Shown here: positions 48,469 to 60,763 of the stretch, piece after piece
How the letters are laid out: every line of letters starts with the position of its first letter
Numbering within the stretch: the first letter of the stretch is position 1
Notes under the pieces: generated by a model
Seen by the model: only the letters and a program-made list of their open reading frames with translations
Told to the model about the DNA's origin: nothing
The model's database searches: none
Position numbers and translations under genes: made by a program
Assembly: GCA_964252035.1 (NCBI GenBank)
Contig: OZ176201.1
Length of the DNA stretch: 64,000 bases
Direction: 5' to 3' (one strand)
Source of the DNA: Podarcis erhardii
Lineage: Eukaryota

Positions 48469-49932
48469 TATTCTGGGACTATAATACCATCTTAATATAT
48501 ATTCTCCAACTTTTGGCCTTCAAATCTATATCTGGGAGATAAATTCATAAGAATATGAGAATTAAGAGGGGTGTACTGATCTTCCGAACTAAGAGATGTT
48601 ACTATTTCCAATTCTTTTATTCAACTCTTCTTCACTAGCACTGCTGCCAACCAGACCCTAGCTGAGTACAGTGCGACTCCTCCTGGAGCTGCTTTTAATG
48701 CCCCAGGCTCAAAGTTAGAGCAAATACTTGGCATGAGAAGTGTTTCAGTTTGAAACCTTGCCTTCTCCCATTAGACGTTTCTCAGGAGTAGGGCTGGAAA
48801 AGACTGCTTCTGCATCAGAGACAAGAAATAGTTGGAGATGGCAATATTTCAGTAATTGGGAATATATTGAAGTCTGCCAGAGAGGTGAGGCAAAGATGGA
48901 GACTACTTGTCCTTTTTCCTCTCAGGCTAAGACAGACTCTTGAGGCCAAAGTGAGGTAGCTGCTTATACATAAAGGAGATGGGGGCAGAATAACCTGTTT
49001 GGTCATTAATATTATCGCCATCACCATCACTGAATTCATGCCCCAACTTTCTACACAAGGCAGCTTACACAAAAATGGCACAATGCAAACTAAGATAAAA
49101 ATACAGACTTTAAAACAAAACAAAAAAGGCAAAACCAGACAAACAATCAAACCCAAATGTTAAAGACAAACAAGCAAATTATGCAGAAGTTGATGTGGAA
49201 CTGTGAGTTTTCACCAGGCTATTGACACTAAAATTATTTAGTTTTTTAATGTATTTTAAAAAATAACAAAAATTATATATCGATTACTTGTAAATAGAAC
49301 TTCTAAACCTTCTACCAAAAGTACTTGTTTTGTTAACTGTTTTAATTTAAATCATATTCACCTGTATTCATTAACATACAGCCAATAACCGATTTATGTG
49401 CATCCAATTGAACTGCAACCATGACTGTGTGCATCATGATGACCCAGAAGTGGTCACAGCAGATGGTTGATAAGTCAGGATTTTGCAGTTCTAGCCAGCA
49501 TTTGCCTATCCTACCATCTCCTCCCAAATCAGGCAGCAGCATATAGGAGAACAACTTGGAGACCTCAGCCCCTACCTATATCTGTTCTTATGCCTCCTAC
49601 AAAATGCTAACATTCGGGGGGCCACTAGGGGTGCACTGGAAGATGGCCGACAATACCATCTCTCCGACCCACACGGGGTAATTAAGAAGCTGTTATGGGA
49701 GTAGGCAGCCTCCCTTGTTGCCCCAAGGGAATGGGGAACACTGCCCTTGCCTGCTGTGCCCATAAATCACCCCCAAATTCAAAAGAAGGGGGTGAGGGCG
49801 CTAGGCAGAATGCCGCCGTGTGGACCTCGGCTCTCCTGGACGCTGTCTCTGATCACGCACTAGCTGACAGACCCAAAAAAGAAAATAACAGAACAGAGCC
49901 AGAGAGAACTTTCTTTTTTGGGTCTGTCAGAG

Positions 49933-50615
49933 CCAGAGAGAACTTGCTGCAAGACAGACCCAAAAAAGAAAATAACAGAACACCTCTAGTCATCACATAC
50001 AGCTCCCAAGTTAAAACAGTACAACGCATCATCAGAGATCTACAACCTCTCCTGGACAATGACAGTTCTCTTTCTTAAGCTCTGGGAGGAAGACCTTTCA
50101 TTGCCTACAGACAGCCACCCAATCTTAAACAACTCCTAACCCACAATAATACTACAACCAGACTTAACACGGACACTGGCACCAGAGCCTGCAATAAACC
50201 CAGATGCCAACTTTGCTGCCACATACACCCGGACAACACCATTACTGGCCCCAACAACATCACACATACCATCTCGGGACTATTTAATTGCTCATCGTCT
50301 AACATTGTGTATGCCATCAAATGCCGACAGTGTCCTTCAGCTCTCTATATTGGACAAACAGGCCAAACCTTACGCCAAAGAATAAACGGACATAAATCTG
50401 ACATCAGGAATCACAAGACAGAGAAACCAGTAGGAGAACACTTCAATCTCCCAGGACATTCTATACAAGATCTCAAAGTAGTTGTTCTATTACAAAGGAA
50501 TTTCAGAAATAGACTGGAAAGAGAAGCTGCTGAATTGCAACTTATTACCAAACTTAAAACCATGGAGAGACCTGGTCTGAACAAAGACATTGGATTCTTA
50601 TCTCATTATACATGA
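49933..50615 (+). pseudogene. Penelope ORF C-terminus: RT-EN linker and GIY-YIG endonuclease, one in-frame stop
   Basis: RENLLQDRPKKENNRTPLVITYS...NDSSLS*ALGGRPFIAYRQPPNLKQLL...CNKPRCQLC...FNCSSSNIVYAIKCRQCPSALYIGQTGQTLRQRINGHKSDIRN...VGEHFN...REAAE. Single frame except TAA at 50076-50078. Confidence 0.92.
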
Positions 50616-50795
50616 CATAGCCATTTTTCACCTTCTCACCCCTTGCTTTTTCCTGTAAGACCTACTGCAGTCGTTAAGAGTCGTCAACAGGCTCATCACA
50701 GCTATCTGCCAATCACCCATTCCCACCACCCTTCTGAGTAATACCCCTCCCCACCTTCTCACTATATAGAAGGGTCTGGTGACTTCTGTTTCAGT

Positions 50796-50833
50796 GTATC
50801 TGAAGAAGTGTGCATGCACACGAAAGCTCATAC
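50796..50833 (+). ncRNA. Minimal type I hammerhead ribozyme motif in the Penelope terminus
   Basis: GUAU-CUGAAGA-A-GUGUG(CAUG)CACAC-GAAA-GC-UC^AUAC; 4-bp stem I, palindromic AGCU stem III; predicted cleavage after C50829. Confidence 0.75.
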
Positions 50834-53800
50834 CAAGAACTAACTTAGTTGGTCTTTAAGGTGCTACTGGAAGGAATTTTTTTATTTTGTTTTAATCTCC
50901 TCAAAGGTTTGAGAAAGGAGGCAGATTGGTGAAGATTAATGACGCTAAGACTGTTTTGATGTATGGAAGTGATGTTATATGGAAAATGTCTGGATATGGC
51001 TACTGGATAAAAAAATAATAATATCCACGCAGGATTACAGACTGTTTTAACCAGCTTGTGGAGACTATCAGAGGTCACAAAGAGAAATGAAAAATATATG
51101 AAAATAACAACAAGAGATGTGGAAAAACAATAATAAAGGATTGGATAGTACTGTGAACATCATATGGTTAGATTTGTGGACATTAAAAGAGCAGCAAGAA
51201 GCAAGAAGTTGATTGGATCCCCTTCGGAACTTGAAATATGGGTACCCCCAACAAAAATTTAAAATTCGGCTGTGTAATTTGGAATTTATGTAATTTGGTT
51301 TGATTTGATGTGATTGGTCAGTTAATAAAAAATTATTCTTTTTTAAAAAAACAAAATGCTAACATTCATAAATCCAGTCCCGCTCATCACAAAGATGAAG
51401 CAGATGAACTGTTTGCTAGAGCTATCATTTGTAGAATTCATGAACCCATTACCTCCAGAGTCTAATGAGATGGATGGGTTTAAGAACTGTACCATGCATA
51501 CGTACAATTGTTGATTATGCACATTTCAAAAGTATGACTCTCACTGATCATTTAGTCTGCAAAATGCAGCTTTCTAGTCTTGGTCCAAATTACATATTTA
51601 AAATCCTCTTCCTGGTTATAGGATCCTCTTCTCCTGCCCCCTAAACTTTTTTATTATTTCACTTTATGCCTATCGCACAGCATCCATTCGGTAAGCTTTC
51701 CCATCCATATTTCAGAACAAAGTTCCTTCTTTATTACAAAGTACAAGCAGCCAAGCATCTGTTAGTGCAGTAATATATGTATCACCAGCTAAGCCCAGTT
51801 TACTTAAAATGGAGTGTTTCCAGTTCTTCTTGTGAATAGAGAAATAAATCTCTCTCCCTTTCCCTTCGTTCCCGGGAAAACGGAGCTGAAAGCTCAGTTC
51901 AATTGCCACTGCTTTCAGAATGCCAAGTGAATGATAAAAGGGATGGAATTACACACACGTCCACCCAAAAACGTAAGGGCAGGAATGGGGTAGCAATGAT
52001 TGGAGCAAATTACAGCATAGAGGCTCAGAAAAGGCCTGATGTGGAGGAGATTTCACAGACAACTAGAATCTCCATAAAATAAGGCACTCTCTACAGACCT
52101 TTCAAGCAACTGCCCGCTACAAAGAACAATTCAATCTGATAATGTAACCTGGGGATGAAAGATGCACATGACTCTGGTGCTTCTAGATGAGAGTAGTGTG
52201 GTTTTTAATTGCCCAACCCATTACATTTAATTTGTCTTTTAGAAAGAAGCAAACACAAATAGATTTAATGAGAAGATCAAATGTGGGGTGGGCAGCAAAT
52301 CAAATATTGTGGGAAGATATATTTACAGGTTCCTTCCTGTGTTGATCTTTAAATATTTAATGGGAACAGTGGGACGGGTTTCTGATTCAGAGAACTAGCT
52401 TCAAATTCTGTGTCCTAGTGCTTTACAGGAATCTAATGTCTTGCCTTAACAGCAGCTAAAGCCTAGCCCATACATTATGAAAACGGATCAAACGAGGAAC
52501 AGTGACCAGACTCTGTGCTACTCCCCAAACAGAAGCAATCTGGTGTGCAAACCCTGCTCATCTATTCAACGAGGAGGAATTCAATGTCTCACTCTCGCTT
52601 AGCAGTATACTAGCTGCGCAAGGAAGTCAAAGAGACACAGGATGAATCTCATCACTGCTTGTGCAACAGATTGCTGCTGTAGTCCTGATACTTGTGCAAC
52701 AAGCTTCCACTAGCACAACTGTTGTGCTGCATTACATACTGCACAACTTTTATTTTTGTCCTTATCCTATTGTAACAACCCTTGCACTGGTGGTCAGAGA
52801 AAGTTTAATCCGGGCCAATATTTTCTGCTAAATACCTTTCAAATTTGTTTTTCTTCCCCCTTTACTCTATTCAATCATCTCTACCATCCCCAACTTTCAA
52901 ATTGTACACACATTCACAAGTTAATAATGTAAAAGTGCTCATGTCTGGCTGCACACAAAATTTGCTTACCAAGATTAAAAGGTGAAGGCATTATATGCAC
53001 TGCTGAAGAACATACAGTCCATAGGACTGGAATGACTGCCAGCGGCAATGTGCTCTTTAGATCGACAAGTAGAATGTGAAACAGGCTGTCAGACAAACTG
53101 GGAATACTAAGAAAAATTATCCTTCCCCAGCAGACCTGGGCTGCATTGGCTTGGGAACTATGACGAAAGAGTGCATTTTCGACTAGTGTACCGGAGAAAA
53201 TAAATTTTCACTTTTGAAATCACATGCTGCAAGATAGCAATCATTCAATATATTCCAACTTTAAAAGAAAATTAATCTAGACTGTATGAGTTCTGCCGAA
53301 GGGCATATGCAGAGTCCATTTCAAGGTCAGATTTGATTCATAAAAAATTAATTGGTCAAAGGTAGCATCTGCTGGCCTGATAGCAATGTTATCTTATTGT
53401 GTAGTATTACTAGGGAGTTATCTGCCAGAGTCGCAGGTTAAGCACATATAGGATTTGCGATAGTGACTGAAATGTCTTCCAGTTCTGGTGTAAAAGTGGA
53501 AATGGAAATGAGATGGCATTTATCACAAAATGTAAACCCAGGGATATAGAAATGTGCTGGTATGGGTTCAACCAAGGACACAGCTCATGCTATAATCAAA
53601 GCACAATCCAATGCCAGTCAGTAAAATTGTTACATATTGGCAGGTGCAGCCCTCCCTATCATACAAGAAGGATACGTACCAGGAACAGGGATAAAGTGCC
53701 ACTCTCTGCCATAATTATGCACAGTGTCATGCATGCTTTAACTAACTCATTATAAAACAACTCTTTTCTAAATCGTGGTGAATATCCATTTCTACACACA

Positions 53801-56800
53801 CACAAAAAAAAGCACCACTGTTGAGCCTATACGATAATTTAGACAGCGTGCAAAGCCTTTTGCAACCCTTTTTGCAATTCTGCTTACATTTGTGCAAGAT
53901 AGATCACTGATATTTTAAAATGGGGAACTGCAGACCTAATACACAGATGCTCCTTCAGTGCCCAGAGCTCAATCTACTCCAGTCAAAGCCCTGAGCAGGG
54001 ACAAAGCAGTTTACCCTGCCAGATATATGTGATAGTCATCCAGGCCTCTCTGAAATCACTTTATCCTGCCTGACCAAAGGTTTGCACTAAAAGCTCCTCT
54101 TAAACATTAAGCACCCACATGTTCCCCTTTTTGTCTTCATAAGTGGATTTAAGAACGCATGACCAGTTTGGCCACACTGGACATGAAGCCTCGGGGGCAC
54201 TGCAACTATGAAGTAGAATGGTAGGCGAGGCATGGGGAGTACAGGGCACCACTGAAATTTGAGACCCCCAGGTCCACCACTGTTGTGATCTCTCTGTAGA
54301 TAGACACATTGGGTAGTATGCAAGTAAGTTTTAGGCAGAATAGATCCACTGAAATTAATGAACACGATCAAATTAGGTCCATTAATTCTAATATGCCTAT
54401 TTTGGGTAAAATTTAGTTGACTACCACTTACTGTTGTTAGTACTATTATTATCATTTCTGATTTAGGAATACAATAAGAATCAACCACATATATAAAAAT
54501 AATTTTGAATCCAATGCCATATGCGATAAAAAAATCTCCGCTTGGAAGGCTTGTTTTCAACAGGTGCCAAAAAGACAACAGAAATGGCAACTACTGACTG
54601 ATAAATAGCAGTGGGACCTTCTTGCTTAATTAGTTTAATTTGTATTAAATAATAAATAATCAAAGGAGCAAATAATTGCACCTTGCTAACTAATTTCTCT
54701 TGACTTCTATGTCCCTTGTCTGTGTGTAAAGTAAACCCACCGCAACACTTCAAATTTATCTACATATTCTATTTTGCCTGTTCCCACAGAGCTTTTGGAG
54801 AAAAGAGAATGCATTAAAGTAATATTTTATTCTTGTGCAGGAAATACCAGGAAAATGGCTATCACTTGCACTATGGAGGGAAACTGGAAAAATCACCTAT
54901 TTCCACTTTAAAATCTATGCATTACGTTAATTCACTGTACAACTGCATAACTTACATGCTCAGGAATCATTCTACAAGCCACTGAATTACTCTCAGTTCT
55001 CAAACATTATACATTCAATGTATTTTTCAAGCCCCTAACATATGAGCAGAAAACTGATGTATTTCTTAAGGAGAGCAAAGATATGTTATGCTGTTCTTTC
55101 TTGAAACATTTAAGACCTGAACTTATCTAGCAGTCTCTGTGTGATACTGCCAAAAAGGCCTCTCCTGAAATGAACTCCATGTTATTTACTTTTTTTAATT
55201 CCATCTCTCCTGAGTTCAAAGTGGCTTATATAAAGCAGCATAAAAACACGAAGCAATGCCGTACAAAATTCCATACACCAATCACTTGGTCCTTCAGTAA
55301 TGAAATGACTTCCTAAAAGGATAGGACTTCCTTCCTTCCTTAGTCAAGAGAGATGGACCAAAATGAGTCTCTCCTGAGAGAGTGTTCCACAGTTAACTGG
55401 GGCAACCACAGAGAAAGTCCTGCACCTCATGAGAAAGACTACATGTTGGAAGCACAGCCTTGCTGCTATTCTCAACTGGCAATTGCAAAGGTGGTTTTCC
55501 CTCCAGACTCTTTATTCCCTCAATATTAATAGGTATGTCTTTTCAGTCTCTCCATTCTTGCCAGTATTATTGTCACCACTAATGTTCAGATGGTACTTGC
55601 AACTGGGGGAGAAACATGGTAAGTGAATACTGCACTAAATGCTAGATCCAATATACAGAGTGTCAGTATGGGCTTTTAAGTCACCTCTACATAGGTATGC
55701 AAAATTTAAAATCCATTCAAAGAACTCTGAAAGAACCTTAAGCCATATGTTATCAATAGATCATCCATGACATTTCAGTCCACATAAAGAATGGACATGG
55801 AAGAATGGTGTGATGATAGCACATCAGTCAGTCAGGTAATACGGCAATACAGCAGATACATCACATCCGGGGGGGGGGGTTGGCAGAAAGGGGTGGAACT
55901 GCTTACCTGGCCTCCTGTCAGCCGTGTTGCTGTGCTTACCAGGAGGAAGAAACATGAGGCAACAGGGAAGTCAGCACGGTGCAAGCACAGTGGCAGAGCC
56001 ACTCACCACTTCTGCAGCTGCATGCTACAAAAGTATTGGCACTCAGAATATTTGTTTGCTATTAGTATATATTATTACAAATTCCTGCCAAAGGTGCTGT
56101 ATGATGTAATATATCCCCAGTGCAAGGAGACTGGAGAGAGAGAAACTGTGCAAAAACAAAAACAAAAAACCCAGCTCTCAAAACAGGTGATAGAGATTGA
56201 GCATCATAACAAATCCAGAAAGGGTGGGAAAGATCTTTGGGAAGAGTGCCTGGTGCCCTAAGAAACATGATTAGAAACCTGCTATAGACTGATAGTGAGA
56301 AAACAGAGAAGGAAAAGCCACCCCAAAGCTGCCATATCCTACTGAGGAGCAGCTTATGAGAGATTGTAATCATCGCTCAGTAGTGGATTAGACTGCAAAT
56401 CTAACAGACCAGAACATAAACTACAAAACTCTGACACTGTCAAAGCAGACTAGATTTATTAATCCGAACGCTGTTCTGTGTGCTCTTTGATTCTGCCTGA
56501 CCCATGCTACAAAACATTACTAACTTGAAAAAGTAAACAATCTTTTTGCTGTGTCCTGTTTCTTTTTGATTAACCCATGGAAAAGTTAGCAAAGCGGGGG
56601 GGGGGGGGGGCAGGGCTAAATGTGGATTAAGGCAACCCCTTTGACCATGTTGATTTAACAATACAGAAGTTACAATACAGATTTACTGAAGCCCTGGAGG
56701 TTATTTCAAAGTGGTTCAAAATTAATGTATTAACAGTGGTGGTGGCTTCAGACATTGTACCTTTGCAGACCTGATGAAAGCACAAGTGACCAGTGTTTTA

Positions 56801-58671
56801 TCTTTATATGCTTAAAGAGTTCAGTCCTAGCAGACCACATGTTTAGACAGGCTTTTCAGTACAAAAGCTGGGCCCACTTGATGCCTGGTTTTCACTCTTC
56901 CCACACCCAATTATTCTAACTAACTCCAACCATTTTCTTCTCTGCCCTTTTCTGCCAACATAGTTAGCAAAAGCAATTTTCATGTTACAATCAAACATTG
57001 CATGCTGTTTTATCAATAGATTAGGGTGGAATATGACATCAGAAATGATTTCCTTCTTTCCATCCAATCCTTTTCTCCTCAAACTTCCATTGCCGGTTTG
57101 GAAGAAGCAGAGAACAATCCATGTTTCATTTATAACTGAAAGCTTTAAGGAGGAAAGCTTTAAGGGGGAAATTCTTTGCCTATCTGTCTGCTTGTCTCAC
57201 ACAATGTACCCTATGGGTTATACGTGATCAACCATCACATAACTTCACATATCACGATAACCAACTGTGGCAAAAATACAATCTGGCAGACAGATGCCTA
57301 TCCCAGGCTTGAGCAGCCATTAGCATGCGGGGTGAAAACAGGAAGAAGAAAACTCAAGAGGAAGCAAAGACCCAGGCATGCAAACATCTGAAATTTGGAA
57401 GATGGGACTGTCCCCAGGTGGCATTGCTGAAACAGGAAATCTGAATGGGAAAAGAAAACCTAGAGACTTAATTAGCAGAAGAGTGCCAGACGTCAAAAGA
57501 CAACATTACCCTGTTCTCCATCCACCTTGCAGCTTTCAATGGTTCACGACAAAACGCACCAGAACTGCTCTTAAAAGGATGCAGAAATATTCGGAAAGTG
57601 ATCTAGCCAGCATCCAAAGAAGCTTTCAGCAACTACGGGCTTTGCAATAACTACAAGCAACGAAGGTCTGTGCTTTTTTGACCTGGATTTGGCAAATCCC
57701 CTTTGAAAAGCAGCAACAGCAGCAGCAGCCACTTATTGAGAGCACCATCTCCTGTTTTTGCTAGTGCTCTATATAGACAAAACTGGAATGAAAGGGGCCT
57801 TTCACAGAATGCACACAAAAAACATCTTGTAACTGTGAAACAATTTGTAAAGAGAGGGGTGGGGGAGCATACAGCAATAAAACAATAGGTGCCATTTAGT
57901 TAGAAAGAGACTCAAGCGCTGCCTTTTTTTCCCAACATGAAACATAATTTTGTTTCAAAAGGCAGTTTGACAAGACTGCAGCTGTTGCAAGGAAAATCCA
58001 ATACATAACACAGTCTAACACCATGACAACATATCTTATTTTCAGGGCTGTAAAAAGACAGTTGAATTTCTGAGCGATAACACACTAAAGCAGCTTAGGC
58101 ACGTAATATGTGCTGATACGTTTGGCCACCCACACTCAGATTCAAAATGAACCATATCATAAACACAACAGGCTCTAAATTATATCACAGGTAGTTAGCT
58201 GCTTACAGCTGCAATCCAATGCACACTTACTAGGGTTGAATTCAGTGGGATTTGTTTCAAAATAAAGATGTGAAGGATTACACAGAAAACCTGCAAAAAC
58301 AAGATATATAAGCCCTTTTTGGTCAACTGTAAAGAGTTGATCGACACGATACATTTGCTTTGAAAGTGTTTACTGTAACCATGTACCCCTGCGTACGCGC
58401 AACATTTTATTCTAGAATCAATGAAGACTGAGTATCTGTTTTTATTATGCAGCCCACATATCAGGGTTTTTTAAACCCCTGAAACGTTTTAACCGGTTCT
58501 TGAGAAACTGGTTTTGTTCTGAAAATAAAAGCTTGTTGCCAATTGATTCTGAGTGTGCATTTGAAAACAGATGTGGACAGGCATGGCACTAGAGGTGTAG
58601 CCACATCTGTCCAATGATGTAAGTGGACATAGACCAGGATTGCAATCTTACGGTCTGCAAATAAAAACATC

Positions 58672-59025
58672 TTGAAGATCCCAGGCCACAGAGAGGTTAG
58701 GCTGGCCTCAACTAGAGCCAGGGCCTTTTCGGCCACAGCTCCAATCTGGTGGAACACTCTGTCACAAGAGACTAGGGCCCTGCGGGACTTGACATCTTTC
58801 CACAGGGCCTGCAAGACAGAGCTGTTCCACCAGGCCTTTGGCCAGGGCGCAGCCTGACCCCCCTCCTCTGGCAATCTGCACAGAATTTTGCTTATTGGTT
58901 GCCATCATTTTGATTCTAATTAATTTTTATAATGAAATGTTTTTAGAATTGTTGGATTATTTTGATTGTTGTTAGCCACCCTGAGCCCAGCTTCGGCTGG
59001 GGAGGGCGGGATATAAATAAAAAAA

Positions 59026-59067
<42 letters not shown>
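58672..59067 (+). mobile_element. L2 LINE 3' fragment with (ATT)n tail
   Basis: HREVRLASTRARAFSATAPIWWNTLSQETRALRDLTSFHRACKTELFHQAF plus 3' UTR. Confidence 0.88.
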
Positions 59068-59068
<1 letters not shown>

Positions 59069-59171
59069 CACTTCCTTCTTCATTCACCTGGGGTGGGGGC
59101 AAGGAGGAATATGAGTGGATAACCTAATCAAGGGAAGTGCTTTCAAATATGTATCTGGTAACTGTTGGCAT

Positions 59172-59353
59172 CATAGGAGCCAACTCCTAGGGGCAGAAAT
59201 CCCTTCATCCCACCATAAAAGATTTGAGGGGGCTGGGGGGGGAGTTGATGGGCAATGCCATTCAAGTGGTGTGCATACTCCACATCTTGTGATTAATTTT
59301 GTGGGGCTGGGGTTACCCCCCCCTCCAATATTTTATTTAAGTTGGCACCCCTG
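59172..59353. mobile_element. Decayed hAT MITE (family of 41109-41623)
   Basis: CATAGGAGCCAACT ... AGTTGGCACCCCTG; flanks gttggcat / tttggcat (7/8). Confidence 0.75.
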
Positions 59354-59394
59354 TTTGGCATTCATACAAAGGGTTGTAGTTATCAAGCAGTTAA

Positions 59395-59822
59395 TACTTT
59401 TTATATATTTTTAATTAATTTTTCTGTTTTAGAATTTAAAGCACTCATTTTTACATCCTTATGATATCAGCGACTTCTTCTCTTTCCTTGGTTCATTTTA
59501 CATATCATAAATCCCTACATATTTTACAGAAACTATACCATTCAGTGTTCCATTATTACATCCATCATAACTTATTCACACTGTTGAATCTATCTTAATG
59601 CTGCCAGCATTTTTAGCTGTAAACAGTTATTTCCCATATATTCAATAAACGTTTTCCAATCTCCTCTAAACGTATGTTCTTCTTGTTCCCTTATTCTATA
59701 TGTTAAATGTGCAAGCTGTGCATATTCTGTCAGCTTAAATTGCCACTCTTCTTTGGTTGAGACCTCGCTCGTTTTCCTTTTGGGGGCTAACAAAACACAG
59801 GCCACAGTAGTGGCATACATAA
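59395..59822 (-). mobile_element. 5'-truncated L1 LINE, second subfamily
   Basis: MYATTVACVLLAPK...STKEEWQFKLTEYAQLAHLTYRIREQEEHTFRGDWKTFIEYM is homologous to the 34099-34425 ORF. Confidence 0.85.
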
Positions 59823-59919
59823 ATACTTTGCATTATGTAAGCATCCTGACTCATGGAGTATGAATCAGCATCACTAATTAGTCTGCAGCTAGTTAGTATG
59901 AAGTAAAGGTATGATTAGA

Positions 59920-60277
59920 GGGACGTGGGTGGTGCTGTGGTGTAAACCACTGAGCCTTGGGCTTGCTGATTGGAAGGTCGGCAGTTCGAATCCCCGTGAG
60001 AGGGTGAGCTCCCATTGTTCTGTCCCAGCTCTTGCCAACCTAGCAGTTCAAAAGCACATCAAAGTGCAAGTAGATAAATAGGTACCACTCCAGTGGGAAG
60101 GTAAACGGCATTTCCGTGCGCTGCTCTGGTTCACTAGAAGCAGCTTAGTCATGCTGGCCACATGACCCAGAAAAACTGTCTGCGGACAAACGTCGGCTCC
60201 CTCAGCCAGTAAAGTGAGACGAGCGCCGCAACCCCAGAGTTGTTCACGACTGGACTTAACTGTCAGGGTTTTTTTTA
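59920..60277 (+). mobile_element. Full-length Sauria SINE ending in a T-run
   Basis: Head gggacgtgggtggtgctgtgg; 12-bp TSD AAAGGTATGATT (59905-59916, 60278-60289). Confidence 0.92.
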
Positions 60278-60631
60278 AAAGGTATGATTTACTCCCCCTG
60301 CTGGCTTCTCCCCTTTATGTGATGTCTCCTGTATGAGCTGGCATACCTGTGACACCTGGATGCTGGTATTGTAAGAAGACTGCATTATGTACCTTGATGA
60401 ACCATCCAAGACTGCAACAGGAATAAAGCTCTTCTTGGAACAAGGTTTGATTCCTGAGTGCTTCATGGGGGTGGGGGGTCCTTCCCATCATTCACTATCT
60501 CCTACAGTAACCACACCCATACCTGTGTATGGCAGGATCTAAAATCAATCTAGACTGAATTCAGCGTGTCAGGGATGAACATCAGCAATTCCAGATTGAT
60601 TTAATTCCAAGGGCGTCTCTATAAATTACCT

Positions 60632-60763
60632 CAGTGGTGGTTAACTCAAGGCCCTCCAGATGATATAGGACTTGAATTCTTATCAACCCCAGCCAACATA
60701 ATGATGGCCAGGGATGATGGGAGTTGAAGCTGTACATCTAATGGTCATAGGTTAGTCACCCCA
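60632..60763. mobile_element. Decayed palindromic hAT-type MITE (family of 10182-10317)
   Basis: ggccctccagatg ... ccagggatgatgggagttg. Confidence 0.6.

Larger units (their letters stand above)
49864..50892 (+). mobile_element. 5'-truncated Penelope-like retroelement (GIY-YIG region plus 3' pseudo-LTR)
   Basis: C-terminal ORF with Cys-rich linker and GIY-YIG motif, then a terminal segment with TATATA (50763) and the hammerhead motif; rearranged 5' junction. Confidence 0.9.
49616..51350 (+). mobile_element. TSD-flanked composite: L1-type 5' end + Penelope fragment + L1-type 3' end
   Basis: Perfect 17-bp direct repeat ACAAAATGCTAACATTC (49599-49615, 51351-51367). Starts with a G-run and AAGATGGCCG (49640-49649); ends TAATAAAAAATTATT...AAAAAA, like the L1 terminus at 33873-33905 (minus strand). 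Confidence 0.75.

Noticed and set aside
49619-49637. Second CTCF-like motif GCCACTAGGGGTGCAC
   Set aside because: Mismatches at the near-invariant GGC positions; better explained as part of the L1-type 5' end.
50307-50615. GIY-YIG ORF as a domesticated host nuclease or homing endonuclease
   Set aside because: In frame with upstream Penelope linker sequence past a single stop, and followed by the Penelope terminus; it is a truncated retroelement.
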